In this document: positions 31,855 through 42,885 of the stretch, piece after piece
Numbering within the stretch: position 1 is the first letter of the stretch
How the letters are laid out: each line of letters starts with the position of its first letter
Program-made: the position numbers and the translations under genes
The notes under the pieces: model-generated
The model's database searches: none
What the model saw: only the letters and a program-made list of their open reading frames with translations
Told to the model about the DNA's origin: nothing
Assembly (NCBI GenBank): GCA_902579395.1
Contig: CACHGK010000002.1
Location: forward strand, 19,378 to 83,377
DNA from: an uncultured Alphaproteobacteria bacterium
Lineage (GTDB): Bacteria; Pseudomonadota; Alphaproteobacteria; Methylaequorales; Methylaequoraceae
Reading direction: 5' to 3'
Length of the DNA stretch: 64,000 nt

Positions 31855-33195
31855 ATGGATAAAAATTTTTTAAATGACATTGTAAATAAACTTCAAAAGA
31901 AGGGTTGTGATGAATCAGATGTTTTTTTTTCAAAAGTCGAAACAATTAGCTCCTCCTCGAGACTTACAAAAATTGAAAAAACAGAAAAATCATCTATTTG
32001 TGAAATTGGCATCCGAGCCATTATAGATAAAAGACAGTCGATTGTCTCAACCACTAACTTAGAAAAAAATAATGTTGAAGATTTAGTCGAAAAAGTTTTT
32101 CAGATGGCAAAGGTAGTTCCACAAAATAAATATTGTGGTTTGGCCGATCCTTCTTTAGTCGTAAATGTAAATAAAGACAAATTAAAAAAACTAAAACTTT
32201 CAGATCCATTTGAACCGACAATTGAACAAATCAAAGAAAAGGTTCTTTCACTTGAGGAAAGTGCACTTGAAAATAAGGAAATTAGTAATTCAGAAGGGGC
32301 AGAAATAGCATATTCTAAAAACTCTTTTTATCTTCTGGGTTCTAATGGCTTGGACTTAGAAATGGAAAAAACTCATAGTGATTACATCATCGCTGTACTA
32401 GCAGGATCTAAAAGTTCAATGGAAAGAGAATATGATTACAAATCTAAAGTTTATTTCAATGATCTCGGGGATTTTGAGAAGATTGGGAAGGAAGTTTCTA
32501 TAAATGCTATCAGGAAACTCAATTCTAAAAAACTTAAGACATGTAAGTCAGATGTTATTTTCGATTCTAAAGTTTCATCAAGTTTACTTAGAAACCTTTT
32601 TAGCGCATGTAATTCCCAATCAATAATCAAAGGAATCAGTTTTTTAAAAAATAAACTAAATAAAAAAGTATTTAATAAAAATATCTCCATTATAGATGAT
32701 CCGCTAATGGAGAAAAAATTAAGATCAAGATTTATGGATTGTGAAGGTGTTGGGTCCAAAAAAAAATATCTAATTGAAAATGGGAATCTAAATTTTTTCT
32801 TTAATTCACTCAGTTCTGCCAGACAATTAGAACAAGAACCCTCTGGACATGCTTCGAGATCAGTGTCCTCAATACCTGGAGTGTCATTTTCAAATTTATA
32901 TATGAAAAACGGGATAACTTCAAAAAATCAAATGATTAAATCATTAAAAAAAGGATTGCTTATAACTGAGCTCATGGGAAGTTCAATAAACTATTCCACT
33001 GGAGATTATAGCAGAGGTGCATCTGGATTTTGGATTGAGAATGGGGAAATCTTATTCCCAGTTTCCGAAATAACGATTGCTGGCAATCTTAAAGATATCT
33101 TTAATTCCCTAATCCCTGCCAATGACCTTGAGTTTAACTTTGGTGTTAACGCACCATCATGCATGGTAGAAAATTTAACTCTTGGTGGAAAATAA
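31855..33195 (+). CDS. pmbA: Metalloprotease PmbA/TldE
   Basis: TldD/PmbA fold. It is the partner of the nearby tldD. Confidence 0.8.
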   Translation: MDKNFLNDIVNKLQKKGCDESDVFFSKVETISSSSRLTKIEKTEKSSICEIGIRAIIDKRQSIVSTTNLEKNNVEDLVEKVFQMAKVVPQNKYCGLADPSLVVNVNKDKLKKLKLSDPFEPTIEQIKEKVLSLEESALENKEISNSEGAEIAYSKNSFYLLGSNGLDLEMEKTHSDYIIAVLAGSKSSMEREYDYKSKVYFNDLGDFEKIGKEVSINAIRKLNSKKLKTCKSDVIFDSKVSSSLLRNLFSACNSQSIIKGISFLKNKLNKKVFNKNISIIDDPLMEKKLRSRFMDCEGVGSKKKYLIENGNLNFFFNSLSSARQLEQEPSGHASRSVSSIPGVSFSNLYMKNGITSKNQMIKSLKKGLLITELMGSSINYSTGDYSRGASGFWIENGEILFPVSEITIAGNLKDIFNSLIPANDLEFNFGVNAPSCMVENLTLGGK

Positions 33196-33978
33196 TTGAT
33201 AGAACTATCTGGTTCCATTGAAGAGGCTGCAAAAGAGATTATACTTGAAGCTGGCTTTGTGGCTAAAAAACTTAAAAAAAAATTATCAATAAAATATAAA
33301 TCTGAAAGTCAACCAGTAACCAATGTTGATTTAGCAATAGATAATTTGATAAAAAATTATTTTAAACAAAAGACACCGTCTTATGGTTGGGTTTCTGAAG
33401 AAACTGAAGATAATTACTCAAGATTTAAATCAGATACATTTTGGTGTCTTGATCCAATAGATGGAACAAGGTCTTACATTTCTGGCAAACCAGAATATAC
33501 AATATCTCTTGCACTAATAAATAAAAAGGAACCAATTTTAGGTTTTGTATTAAACCCAGAAACAGAAGAACTTTTTTTTGCAAAAAAATATAAAGGAGCA
33601 TACTGTAATGATAAAAAGATAATGATTAGTAAGAATGAAAATATTTTTTCATCTAGCTTTGCTATCAGTAGATCGGAGGTAAAAAAACTTAAAAAGTATA
33701 ATCTTATTAATCAAAAAAATATTGTTGAGATGGGTTCGATTGCCTATAAGATTGCTTTAGTAGCAAAAGGTAAGATAGATGTAGCATTAAGCTTTACGAA
33801 TAAAAATGACTGGGATTTGGCTGCCTCTGATTTGATATTGAAAGAAGCAGGGGGTAATATACAAAAAATATCAGGAGAGCAGATAGTTTATAATAGTGAA
33901 AAAATGAAAATTGAATCTGTAATCGCTACAAATCTGAAATTGTCAAAAAAACTTTGTAACAAACTCAATGAAAAATAG
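33196..33978 (+). CDS. Inositol monophosphatase family protein (CysQ/SuhB-like)
   Basis: WCLDPIDGTRSYISG metal-binding motif; TTG start. Confidence 0.7.
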   Translation: MIELSGSIEEAAKEIILEAGFVAKKLKKKLSIKYKSESQPVTNVDLAIDNLIKNYFKQKTPSYGWVSEETEDNYSRFKSDTFWCLDPIDGTRSYISGKPEYTISLALINKKEPILGFVLNPETEELFFAKKYKGAYCNDKKIMISKNENIFSSSFAISRSEVKKLKKYNLINQKNIVEMGSIAYKIALVAKGKIDVALSFTNKNDWDLAASDLILKEAGGNIQKISGEQIVYNSEKMKIESVIATNLKLSKKLCNKLNEK

Positions 33979-35755
33979 TGAAAAAAAGAATACCCTGGAC
34001 CTACTTAAGCGTCTTTTTTCTAATTATGTGCAAAAACACAAAATTAAATTAGTAATTTCAATCTTTTGCATGATCATTATAGCTGCAGCCACTGCCTTGA
34101 ATGCCTGGATGATGCAGCCAGTTCTTGATGAAATTTTTATAAATAAGAATAAAACTTTAATAGTTATAATACCCTTAGCAATAATTTTAGTTGCTATTTT
34201 AAAAGGGACTGCATCATATTTTCAATCAATATTTATGAGTTTTATTGGATATAAATTAGTTGCAGATGTTCAAGATCAAATGTTTAAATCTGTAATTAAA
34301 TGCGACTTATCTTTTCACAATGAAGTAAATTCGGGGACAATTGTGTCGAGATTTATAGCTGATGTTGGAGCACTATCAAGGGGAGTACACAACGTTATAA
34401 TAAATATAATTAAAGACTCCCTAACATTTTTATTCCTTGTCGGTGTTATGTTCTATCATGACACCAAATTAGCACTTATAGCTTTATTTGTTTTTCCAGT
34501 TGCAATTTATCCTATAAGGAGAATTGGTAAAAGGTTGAGAAAGATATCAAAGAGCACTCAGGTTGGCTTTGGTCTTTTAACCTCAAAATTGTCGGAATCA
34601 TTTACGGCCATAAAAACAATTAAGGCGTTTAGTACTGAAAATTTTGAATCAAAAAAAATAAATAAAGAAATCACCAATATTTTTAATTTGACCTATAAAT
34701 CGACAAAAGTTAATTCAATAGCTAGGCCTCTGATGGAGATTATAAGTGGTTTTGCTATAGGTGCAATTATTTTCATAGGGGGCAGCCAGGTAATTCTTGA
34801 TCAAACAACACCTGGAACTTTCTTTTCTTTCTTAACAGCATTATTAATGGCTTATCAACCAATAAAATCACTCGCAAGTTTAAATGCAACATTGCAAATT
34901 GCAATGGCCGCAGCTGAAAGAGTTTTTGAAATTTTAGATAAAAAAACACAGATAATTGAAAACAAATCTCCAAAAGATAATTATCTCAGAAAAGATAAAT
35001 ACAACCTAAAAATTTCCAATCTTTCTTTTAAATACAAAAATTCCTCAAAATTCATACTCAAAAATGTTGATCTTGAAATCTTAGCTGGTGAAAAAATTGC
35101 ACTTGTTGGACACTCTGGAGCAGGTAAAACAACCCTTATGAATCTATTACCAAGATTCTTTGACCCATCAAAAGGAAAAATAGAAATTGGAGGAATTAAT
35201 ATTCAAGATTTAAGTTTACATTTTCTAAGAAATTATTTTTCTTTAGTGAGTCAGGATATAACTTTATTTGATGAAACAGTTAAGTATAATATTTGTTATG
35301 GAAGTAATAACTATTCTAGTAAAGATCTCAAAAAAGCATGTAAAAAAGCTAACTGTGAAGAATTCATTAAAAAACTTCCTAAAGGTTTCAATCAATTAAT
35401 TGGAGAAAATGGTGCGAAACTATCAGGAGGTCAAAAACAAAGAATTGCAATTGCAAGAGCATTTATAAGAAACTCACCATTCCTTCTTTTGGATGAGGCC
35501 ACCTCTTCTTTGGATTCAAAATCTGAACAAAAAATTCAAGATTCACTCTCTAGTTTAATCTCAAATAAAACTGCATTAATCATTGCACATAGATTATCAA
35601 CAGTCATAGATGCTGATAGAATTGTAGTCATTAATAATGGAGAAATTATTGATATTGGAAAACACTCAAGCTTAATAAAAAAATCAAAGATATATAAAAA
35701 TCTTTACGAACTTCAATTTAAAAAGCAAAGCTATGAAAAGAATATTAAAGCATAA
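33968..35755 (+). CDS. msbA: ABC transporter permease/ATPase, MsbA-like lipid A exporter
   Basis: Six-transmembrane-segment domain followed by Walker A GHSGAGKTT, signature LSGGQKQRIAIARA and Walker B LLLDEATS. Confidence 0.8.
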   Translation: MKNSEKKNTLDLLKRLFSNYVQKHKIKLVISIFCMIIIAAATALNAWMMQPVLDEIFINKNKTLIVIIPLAIILVAILKGTASYFQSIFMSFIGYKLVADVQDQMFKSVIKCDLSFHNEVNSGTIVSRFIADVGALSRGVHNVIINIIKDSLTFLFLVGVMFYHDTKLALIALFVFPVAIYPIRRIGKRLRKISKSTQVGFGLLTSKLSESFTAIKTIKAFSTENFESKKINKEITNIFNLTYKSTKVNSIARPLMEIISGFAIGAIIFIGGSQVILDQTTPGTFFSFLTALLMAYQPIKSLASLNATLQIAMAAAERVFEILDKKTQIIENKSPKDNYLRKDKYNLKISNLSFKYKNSSKFILKNVDLEILAGEKIALVGHSGAGKTTLMNLLPRFFDPSKGKIEIGGINIQDLSLHFLRNYFSLVSQDITLFDETVKYNICYGSNNYSSKDLKKACKKANCEEFIKKLPKGFNQLIGENGAKLSGGQKQRIAIARAFIRNSPFLLLDEATSSLDSKSEQKIQDSLSSLISNKTALIIAHRLSTVIDADRIVVINNGEIIDIGKHSSLIKKSKIYKNLYELQFKKQSYEKNIKA

Positions 35756-36386
35756 ATATACTCAAATTTTCTTGGGATGGATAATTTCTATTTACATAAA
35801 AATATGTTACCACACCTCAATCTGGATTATTAAAAATAGTGAGGTAGTTGAAAAACAAATTTCAAAAAGGAAAGGGTTTATAGTTTGTTTTTGGCATAAC
35901 AGACTATTGATGTCTGCTTTCTGTTGGAGTTGGAAACAGAGATTTAAAATGCTAATATCAAGTCACTCCGATGGAAGAATAATTTCTCATGCAGTATCAC
36001 ATCTTGGAATACAAACTATTTCCGGTTCCTCCAGAAATCAAAACATTTCATCACTACGAGAGATTATTAATATTCTTAAAAATAAAGAAATTATAGGAAT
36101 TACGCCAGATGGTCCAAAAGGTCCTATAGGTGAAATTAAAGATGGCCTCATATCCTTGCAAAAAAAAACTGATGTTATTATTCTTCCTTTAAGTTACAGT
36201 GGAAAATTTAAAATTAATCTTAGAACTTGGGATAAATTTATGTTTGTGACACCATTAAACAAGTTCGTAGCCGTTTGGGGTAATCCAATTAAATATGATA
36301 AAAAAAAGACAACTGAGGAAAATAAAAAAATTCTTGAGAATGAAATTAATAGAGTCACATTTCTTTCAGACAACCTCACAAAATAA
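35733..36386 (+). CDS. DUF374 lysophospholipid acyltransferase-like protein
   Basis: HNRLLMSAFCW…SHSDGRIIS…GITPDGPKGP, the pattern usually found upstream of kdtA. Confidence 0.6.
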   Translation: MKRILKHKYTQIFLGWIISIYIKICYHTSIWIIKNSEVVEKQISKRKGFIVCFWHNRLLMSAFCWSWKQRFKMLISSHSDGRIISHAVSHLGIQTISGSSRNQNISSLREIINILKNKEIIGITPDGPKGPIGEIKDGLISLQKKTDVIILPLSYSGKFKINLRTWDKFMFVTPLNKFVAVWGNPIKYDKKKTTEENKKILENEINRVTFLSDNLTK

Positions 36387-36394
36387 AAAAAATA

Positions 36395-37639
36395 ATGGTA
36401 AAATTTTATAAAATTCTTTCGGATATTCTATTTATTCCAATACTAATATATTTTATGTTGAGATTATTATTATCTAAAGAAAATGCTGAAAGTATTTGCG
36501 AAAAATTTTTTTTAAAAAAAAAACCAAGACCAGACGGCGATTTGATTTGGATTAATGGAGTAAGCATTGGCGAGGCAAAAACCGCAATTATAATTGCAGA
36601 ACAAATAAAAAAAAATAATCCTAAATCAAAAATTTTATTAAGCACCTCAACTATTACATCTTTTAGATTAATATCTGATTTGAAAAAAAACTATATAATA
36701 ATTTATTCACCATTAGATATAAATTTTATAGTTAAGAGATTTATAAACTACTGGAAACCCAGTTCTACAATTTTTGTAGAATCAGAAATTTGGCCTAATA
36801 TATTTTTAAATTTAAAAAAAGAATCTATAAAATTAATACTTCTAAATGCCAGAATATCAGATCAATCTTTTATAAATTGGATGAGATTGAAAGGTTTTGC
36901 AAAAAATGTTTTTAATTTAATAAGTGAATGTTTTGTTCAAGATAATGATTCATTAAAACGATTTAAAGTTTTGGGTGTTAAAAAAATAACAAAGATTGAG
37001 AATCTAAAATTTTTATCAAACAGGCTAGATTACGATAAAAAAGCCTATAATTTATTAAAAAAGAAATTGAAAGGAAAAAGAGTTGTTACCCTATTCAGCT
37101 CACACAGTGGAGAGGAGCAAATTATTCTTGATTGCTTTGTGGAGTTATCAGATAAAATAAAAAATCTTTTTTTTATTATAATTCCAAGACACTTGTATAG
37201 ACTAAATAGTATAACTGAGGAATTTAATAGAAGGAAAATATCCTATGAAATTAGATCCTCAAGAAAATTAAAAATAGAAAAAAATAATTTTCTAATTGTT
37301 AATACATTTGGTGAATTAGGTCTTTTTTTTAAGCTTTCTGAAGTAGCCCTGGTAGGCGGGTCATTTTCGAACTTTGGAGGGCATAATCCAATTGAAACAA
37401 ATGGTTTTGAATGTTCATTAATTTTTGGTTCACATATGCAAAACTTTAAGGAAATAAAAGAAGCAATTATCAAAAGAAAGGCTGGGTTCGAAGCCAAAAG
37501 CTCCAAAAAACTGAGTGAACAACTTCATAGATTATTAACGGACGATAAATTGAAAATTCAAACATACAAGAATTTCAAAAAACTATGTGAAATAGAATCA
37601 AAAAAATCTGAATCAATTCTTAGCGATATATTAAAATGA
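36395..37639 (+). CDS. waaA: 3-deoxy-D-manno-octulosonic acid (Kdo) transferase
   Basis: WINGVSIGE N-terminal motif and a GT-B C-terminal domain. Confidence 0.8.
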   Translation: MVKFYKILSDILFIPILIYFMLRLLLSKENAESICEKFFLKKKPRPDGDLIWINGVSIGEAKTAIIIAEQIKKNNPKSKILLSTSTITSFRLISDLKKNYIIIYSPLDINFIVKRFINYWKPSSTIFVESEIWPNIFLNLKKESIKLILLNARISDQSFINWMRLKGFAKNVFNLISECFVQDNDSLKRFKVLGVKKITKIENLKFLSNRLDYDKKAYNLLKKKLKGKRVVTLFSSHSGEEQIILDCFVELSDKIKNLFFIIIPRHLYRLNSITEEFNRRKISYEIRSSRKLKIEKNNFLIVNTFGELGLFFKLSEVALVGGSFSNFGGHNPIETNGFECSLIFGSHMQNFKEIKEAIIKRKAGFEAKSSKKLSEQLHRLLTDDKLKIQTYKNFKKLCEIESKKSESILSDILK

Positions 37640-38604
37640 TTAAAAAAGTTTGGGAAACCAACAACATAATTAGCCTTATTTTACTACCGCTATCATTTCT
37701 ATATTTTATTATTCTAAAGATTTATACAATTACAAAAAAACAAAATGTTTGTTCGATTCCAGTCATTTGTGTCGGAAATATAACTCTCGGGGGAGCAGGA
37801 AAGACACCCACTGTTATTGAAATTCGGAGACTTCTTAAAAATCACATGGATAATATTTTTGTATTAACAAGAGGTTATAAAGGGCAAAAAAAAGGACCAT
37901 TATTGGTTAACATAAATTCAAATGCAAACGAGGTGGGTGACGAAAGTTTACTTCACTTCAAACACGGACCAACATGTGTGGCGAAAAGAAAAGTAGATGG
38001 TGCTAAATTTTGTGAAAAATTAAAGAGTAATTTAATAATAATGGACGACGGTTTACAAAGTGTTGATATTAAAAAGGACTTAAAGATTCTTGTTATAGAC
38101 GGAGAATTTGGGTTCGGTAATAAAAAACTTTTACCATCTGGACCCTTGAGAGAACCTATTAAGTCATGTATTGAAAGAGCTGATATTATTGTAGTAATTG
38201 ATCCGATAAAAAATCTAAAACAATTAAATGAGGTTCCAAAACAAAAATTATTTGTTGCAAAGAAGAAAATTAGTTACAGAAAGTTTTCGAATAAAAGCAT
38301 TTTTGTTTTCTCAGCCATTGGAAATAACAAAGGTTTTCAAAGATATTTGACTAACCAAGGGCTTAATATTAAAAGGATAAAAAACTTTAGTGATCACTAT
38401 TTTTTTAAAAAAGAAGATATCAAGGATATAATTGATCAAGCTGAAAAAGAAAACTTATCTGTAGTGTGCACTGAAAAAGATTTTGTAAAAATTCCATCAG
38501 AATATAAAAAATTCATCACTCCCATAAAGTTAGATTTGAAAATCAATGAAAGCAAAAGGCTTTTAAAAATAATACTTAATACAATCAAAGTTAAAAAAGT
38601 TTAA
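37636..38604 (+). CDS. lpxK: Tetraacyldisaccharide 4'-kinase
   Basis: P-loop GNITLGGAGKTP; its start is a 4-nt overlap with waaA. Confidence 0.85.
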   Translation: MIKKVWETNNIISLILLPLSFLYFIILKIYTITKKQNVCSIPVICVGNITLGGAGKTPTVIEIRRLLKNHMDNIFVLTRGYKGQKKGPLLVNINSNANEVGDESLLHFKHGPTCVAKRKVDGAKFCEKLKSNLIIMDDGLQSVDIKKDLKILVIDGEFGFGNKKLLPSGPLREPIKSCIERADIIVVIDPIKNLKQLNEVPKQKLFVAKKKISYRKFSNKSIFVFSAIGNNKGFQRYLTNQGLNIKRIKNFSDHYFFKKEDIKDIIDQAEKENLSVVCTEKDFVKIPSEYKKFITPIKLDLKINESKRLLKIILNTIKVKKV

Positions 38605-39388
38605 AATTCAAAAGAACTTCAGGATCTACAGAAGTATTTTCAAGATAAACACCCCAATGAAGATGAGGTCCTGTGGCTCGACCTGTCATACCAATCGTTC
38701 CAATCTTGTCTCCTTGACTTACTAAATCTTTTTCATTTACATAAATATCTTTTAAATGTGCAAAAATTGATAGAAGTCCTAATCCATGATCAATAATAAT
38801 AGTGTTACCTGTAAAAAACATGTTCTTAGCAACAAGTTTTACTCTTCCAGTTGATGGTGCAATAATCTTTGTACCCTCTTTAGCAGCAATATCAATTCCA
38901 TTATGTGGTCTTCTTGGCTTCGCATTAAGAATCCTCTGACTTCCATAGACACCTGACAGTCTTCCCTTTGCAGGAAGAATAAATTTTTCTGAAAATAGCT
39001 TTTTTTTAGAACCAACCTTCTTAGATTCTTTTATTTTTTTTTGATCAGAAAATATTTTATCTAACTCTTCTTTTGATGGTTCTACTTTGTTTCTCGGAAG
39101 ACCTTTAATCCTCTCAATCCTATATTCTTTATCTAAAATATTAAATTCTCTTGATAATCCGTTAAAAACGATATCTACGTTTTTTTTAAATTTCCTACCA
39201 AATGCAAAAATAAATCTACCATCTTCAAAAATTTTAACTTTTTTATCATCAATTTTTAATGAATCATCTGTTGATATTTTTCCTGTTATAATTCCACCTT
39301 CACAAAAGCAACCAGAAATATCCGGAAAAACTTTTGATTTTACAATTTCAAAAAAAAAAAGAATATTTAGGAATATTAGATATCTCAT
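38591..39388 (-). CDS. M23 family metallopeptidase
   Basis: HNGIDIAA, IIDHGLGLLSIFAHL and HLHWGV zinc-binding motifs. Confidence 0.75.
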   Translation of the reverse strand: MRYLIFLNILFFFEIVKSKVFPDISGCFCEGGIITGKISTDDSLKIDDKKVKIFEDGRFIFAFGRKFKKNVDIVFNGLSREFNILDKEYRIERIKGLPRNKVEPSKEELDKIFSDQKKIKESKKVGSKKKLFSEKFILPAKGRLSGVYGSQRILNAKPRRPHNGIDIAAKEGTKIIAPSTGRVKLVAKNMFFTGNTIIIDHGLGLLSIFAHLKDIYVNEKDLVSQGDKIGTIGMTGRATGPHLHWGVYLENTSVDPEVLLNFKLF

Positions 39389-40716
39389 ATTTTTTTAGCC
39401 AATGTTTTGTCATTTAAAAATTCTATCTCAAACTCTTCATTTTTTTTTATTTCTAAATCACTTTTAACAATTTTTTCTTCAGATCTCACTACAGCAAAAC
39501 CTCTTTTAAGTGTTTCTTTATAAGATAAAATTGAGAGTTCTCTGTAGTTTGAATTAAGATTAATTTTTTTTTTAATTAAAATTTCATTGATTAAGGAATT
39601 AATTTTCTTGTAACTATTAGAAAGATTTGAATTACTTATACTAAGAAAGTTTTCTAATTTAGATGCAGAAAAACTCTTTATAATTTCAAACATTTGAATT
39701 TTTGTATTTTTTAATTTTATGTTAATCAAATTTAAGAAATTGGACTCAATAAGATCTAAGCTTTGAAAATTATTATTTATCTTGTCTGATAAGTTTGGAA
39801 TTTTCGATTTCACAATAGTAAAATTAAGTTTCTTTTTGTCATAATGATTTAAAAAACTTTTTTTAATCGAATCAGACCAATTATTCAGTCTCACAATAAT
39901 ATCTTTCCTATGAGGAACAACCATCTCTGCCGCTGCTGATGGTGTTGGTGCTCTCAAATCGGATGCTAAATCACAAAGTGTATAGTCGGTTTCATGACCA
40001 ACCGCAGATACTATTGGAATTGAAGATTCAAATATTCTTTTTACTAACAACTCTTCATTAAAAGACATTAAATCTTCCAGGCTTCCTCCACCTCTTGCAA
40101 TAATTATAAGATCAACAAATTGTTTTTTTTTATTTTCAATGTTAAAGAAATCAATTCCATTAATTATATCATTTAAACACTTATCACCTTGAACATTAGA
40201 TGGATAAATTATCAACTTCAAAGGATAACGATCAGAAATCCTGTGAATAATATCTTTAATTACAGAACCTGATTCAGACGTAATCACTCCAATTGACTTT
40301 GGCAGTTTTGGTATAGACTTTTTTGCTAAAACATTAAAATAACCCATTTTTGCAAGTTTTTCTTTCCTTTGCTCAAGAATTTTTAATAAGGAACCTTCTC
40401 CATGGAACTCAATATGTTGAACAATTAATTGATATTTTGATTGTTTTGAATATGTAGTTACTTTGCCCTTAATAATAATCTTTAACCCATCTTCAATATT
40501 TATCTTTAAGGATGGCACTACAGATCTCCAGCATATAGCAGAGATAACACTTTCCTCATCCTTCAAAGTAAAATAAATATGTCCCGATGAATGTTTTTTC
40601 AATTGAGATACTTCTCCAGAAACCTCAATTATTTGATAATTATTTTCAATTAAATTTTTGATTGAATTGTTAAGTTGAGTTACAGTAAATGTTGCTATAT
40701 TAGAAATTTTATTCAT
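39385..40716 (-). CDS. xseA: Exodeoxyribonuclease VII large subunit
   Basis: OB-fold N-terminus (GEVSQLKKHSSGHIYFTLKDE) and the ARGGGS catalytic region. Confidence 0.85.
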   Translation of the reverse strand: MNKISNIATFTVTQLNNSIKNLIENNYQIIEVSGEVSQLKKHSSGHIYFTLKDEESVISAICWRSVVPSLKINIEDGLKIIIKGKVTTYSKQSKYQLIVQHIEFHGEGSLLKILEQRKEKLAKMGYFNVLAKKSIPKLPKSIGVITSESGSVIKDIIHRISDRYPLKLIIYPSNVQGDKCLNDIINGIDFFNIENKKKQFVDLIIIARGGGSLEDLMSFNEELLVKRIFESSIPIVSAVGHETDYTLCDLASDLRAPTPSAAAEMVVPHRKDIIVRLNNWSDSIKKSFLNHYDKKKLNFTIVKSKIPNLSDKINNNFQSLDLIESNFLNLINIKLKNTKIQMFEIIKSFSASKLENFLSISNSNLSNSYKKINSLINEILIKKKINLNSNYRELSILSYKETLKRGFAVVRSEEKIVKSDLEIKKNEEFEIEFLNDKTLAKKI

Positions 40717-40758
40717 ATTTCGAATTTAATTTATTATTTAAAAAAAAGGAATTATTTA

Positions 40759-42024
40759 TTGAATATTTTAGTTTTAGGAAACGGAGCAAGAGAACATTCA
40801 ATTTGCTGGGCGGTAAAAAAATCAAAAGATTGTAATTCTCTTTATTGTATACCAGGAAATGCAGGAATATCAGATATTGCTAAATGTGAAAATATTAATT
40901 TGGATCACAGGAATGAATTACTAAGATTTTGCAATACAAAAAATATTGATTTAGTGATTATTGGGCCAGAACAATATTTAGAAAATGGGCTTAGTGATTA
41001 TTTAAAATCTAAAAATATAAAAGTCTTTGGTCCCAGTAAAAAAGCTTCAAAACTTGAAACATCAAAGTCTTTTGCAAAAAAATTTTTAAAAAGAAATAAA
41101 ATTAATACAGCCAATTATAGAGAATTTAGCTCGTATGAATCCGCAAAAAAATATGTTTCATTTTTAAAATACCCAATAGTTGTTAAAGTTGACGGGTTAG
41201 CAGCAGGTAAAGGGGTAATTATTTGTAAAAATAAGAAGGAGGCTGAAGATAGTATAAGTTTGATGATGAAAAAAAAAAAATTTGGTTCATCAGGAAATAA
41301 AATAATTATTGAAGAATTCTTAGAAGGATATGAAGTTAGCTACTTTGCTTTTTTTGATAAAAACAGTTTTTTGAAGCTAGGTTATGCTCTAGACCATAAA
41401 AAAGCATATGATAATGATAATGGACCCAATACTGGCGGAATGGGTTGTTTTCTCCCCTCAAAAAAAATCACAAAAAAAATTGAAGAAGATATACACAAAA
41501 AAATTCTTTTGCCTACATCAGAGGGATTAAAAAGAGAGAAATTAGTTTACAGAGGTATTCTTTTTTTTGGTTTGATGATTACAGCTAATGGTCCCTATGT
41601 CATTGAATATAATGTAAGATTTGGAGACCCAGAATGTCAAACTTTGCTTAGAAATCTAAAAACAGATTTTCTTGCGTTAATAAAATCAAATATTGAAGAC
41701 AGACTTGAGTATATGAATATACAAAAAGATAAAATGTCAGTTGTTTGCGTTGTTTTAGCATCGAAGGGATATCCAGAAAGTTTTAAAAAAAATAAAATTG
41801 TTAGAAATATATCTAAAGCTCAATCTATAAAGGGGATTGAAATTTTTCATGCTGGAACATCTTTAAAAAAAGGAAAAGTTATTTCCTCAGGTGGAAGAGT
41901 TCTTTCTATCACATCAAAGGCTAATTCTATTAGTTCAGCTAGAAAACTAGCTTATAGAGCTCTTAAAATAATTAACTGGAAATGGGGACATTATCGAAGT
42001 GATATTGGTCAAAAAAATGCTTAA
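40759..42024 (+). CDS. purD: Phosphoribosylamine-glycine ligase
   Basis: The likely start is the TTG at 40759 (LNILVLGNGAREHSICWA, compare E. coli MKVLVIGNGGREHALAW), preceded by AAAGGA. The ORF-track start at 40675 overlaps xseA. ATP-grasp motifs are present. Confidence 0.9.
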   Translation: MNILVLGNGAREHSICWAVKKSKDCNSLYCIPGNAGISDIAKCENINLDHRNELLRFCNTKNIDLVIIGPEQYLENGLSDYLKSKNIKVFGPSKKASKLETSKSFAKKFLKRNKINTANYREFSSYESAKKYVSFLKYPIVVKVDGLAAGKGVIICKNKKEAEDSISLMMKKKKFGSSGNKIIIEEFLEGYEVSYFAFFDKNSFLKLGYALDHKKAYDNDNGPNTGGMGCFLPSKKITKKIEEDIHKKILLPTSEGLKREKLVYRGILFFGLMITANGPYVIEYNVRFGDPECQTLLRNLKTDFLALIKSNIEDRLEYMNIQKDKMSVVCVVLASKGYPESFKKNKIVRNISKAQSIKGIEIFHAGTSLKKGKVISSGGRVLSITSKANSISSARKLAYRALKIINWKWGHYRSDIGQKNA

Positions 42025-42465
42025 TCATCTTCTTTTTCTGAAGGATTTAGTCAATAATTTCGAACAACGCCTCTCCTCAAAACCTCCTAAGAAATTGTAA
42101 CCTTTTCTGCTCAAAAAATAATTTTTCAATTTTTTTTTATAATTTTTTAAACTTTCAGAATATGCTCCAAAATAAACATTTTTTATTCCAACGTTAATAA
42201 TTAGAGCTTCACACATTTGACATGGTTCTAAAGTGATATATATCGAAAAATTAAGTAATTTTGTTGTTTTTAGTTTTCTACATGCACTTCGAATTGCAAC
42301 TATTTCAGCATGACAGGTTGGATCATTATTTTCAATCATAGAATTATTAGCGTAACTCACTAATTTTTGATTATGATCAGCCAATACACATCCTACAGGA
42401 ACCTCATTATAATTTTCTGCACGTTCTGCCAATTCAATTGCAAATTTCATATGGTCCAAAAGCAT
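42025..42465 (-). CDS. tadA: tRNA-specific adenosine deaminase
   Basis: HAEIVAI and the LEPCQMCE zinc-binding motif. Confidence 0.85.
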   Translation of the reverse strand: MLLDHMKFAIELAERAENYNEVPVGCVLADHNQKLVSYANNSMIENNDPTCHAEIVAIRSACRKLKTTKLLNFSIYITLEPCQMCEALIINVGIKNVYFGAYSESLKNYKKKLKNYFLSRKGYNFLGGFEERRCSKLLTKSFRKRR

Positions 42466-42469
42466 TTAT

Positions 42470-42847
42470 TTATAAAACTTTTTCAACAGTTACTCTATCC
42501 CCTTCTTTGAGGTCTCTTAGTTTTTTTAAATTAAAAGAGGTTTTTCCCCACACGTTACATTTAGCTGCCAATCTTATCTCATCTTTGATAGAAATAGGTG
42601 TTTTTCCAAAACCAATTGCAATAGCCTTTCCTGATGGCCAAAATGCTAAATCACCAAACTCCATGATTTCACGGGCGTCTTGCTCTAAAATAGCGTGAAC
42701 ATTTGTATAAAAATATATCTCTTCACCCCAAGTTTTAATGATTGAATAAATAGGCAAACAATTCCAAATTAAATTCGCTGTATTTGAATTTTTAAGAATT
42801 ACAATAATTTCAAACTTTTTTATACTAATCTTACATTTTTTTTGCAT
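42470..42847 (-). CDS. Hypothetical protein, possibly cyclophilin-like fold
   Basis: The GDLAFWPSGKAIAIGFGKTP motif recalls the Cyclophil_like/DUF3830 families. The start is probably the internal MQKKC Met. Confidence 0.35.
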   Translation of the reverse strand: MQKKCKISIKKFEIIVILKNSNTANLIWNCLPIYSIIKTWGEEIYFYTNVHAILEQDAREIMEFGDLAFWPSGKAIAIGFGKTPISIKDEIRLAAKCNVWGKTSFNLKKLRDLKEGDRVTVEKVL

Positions 42848-42885
42848 ATAATATAGTAGCACTAAACCTATTTTTTTAAAGTCTG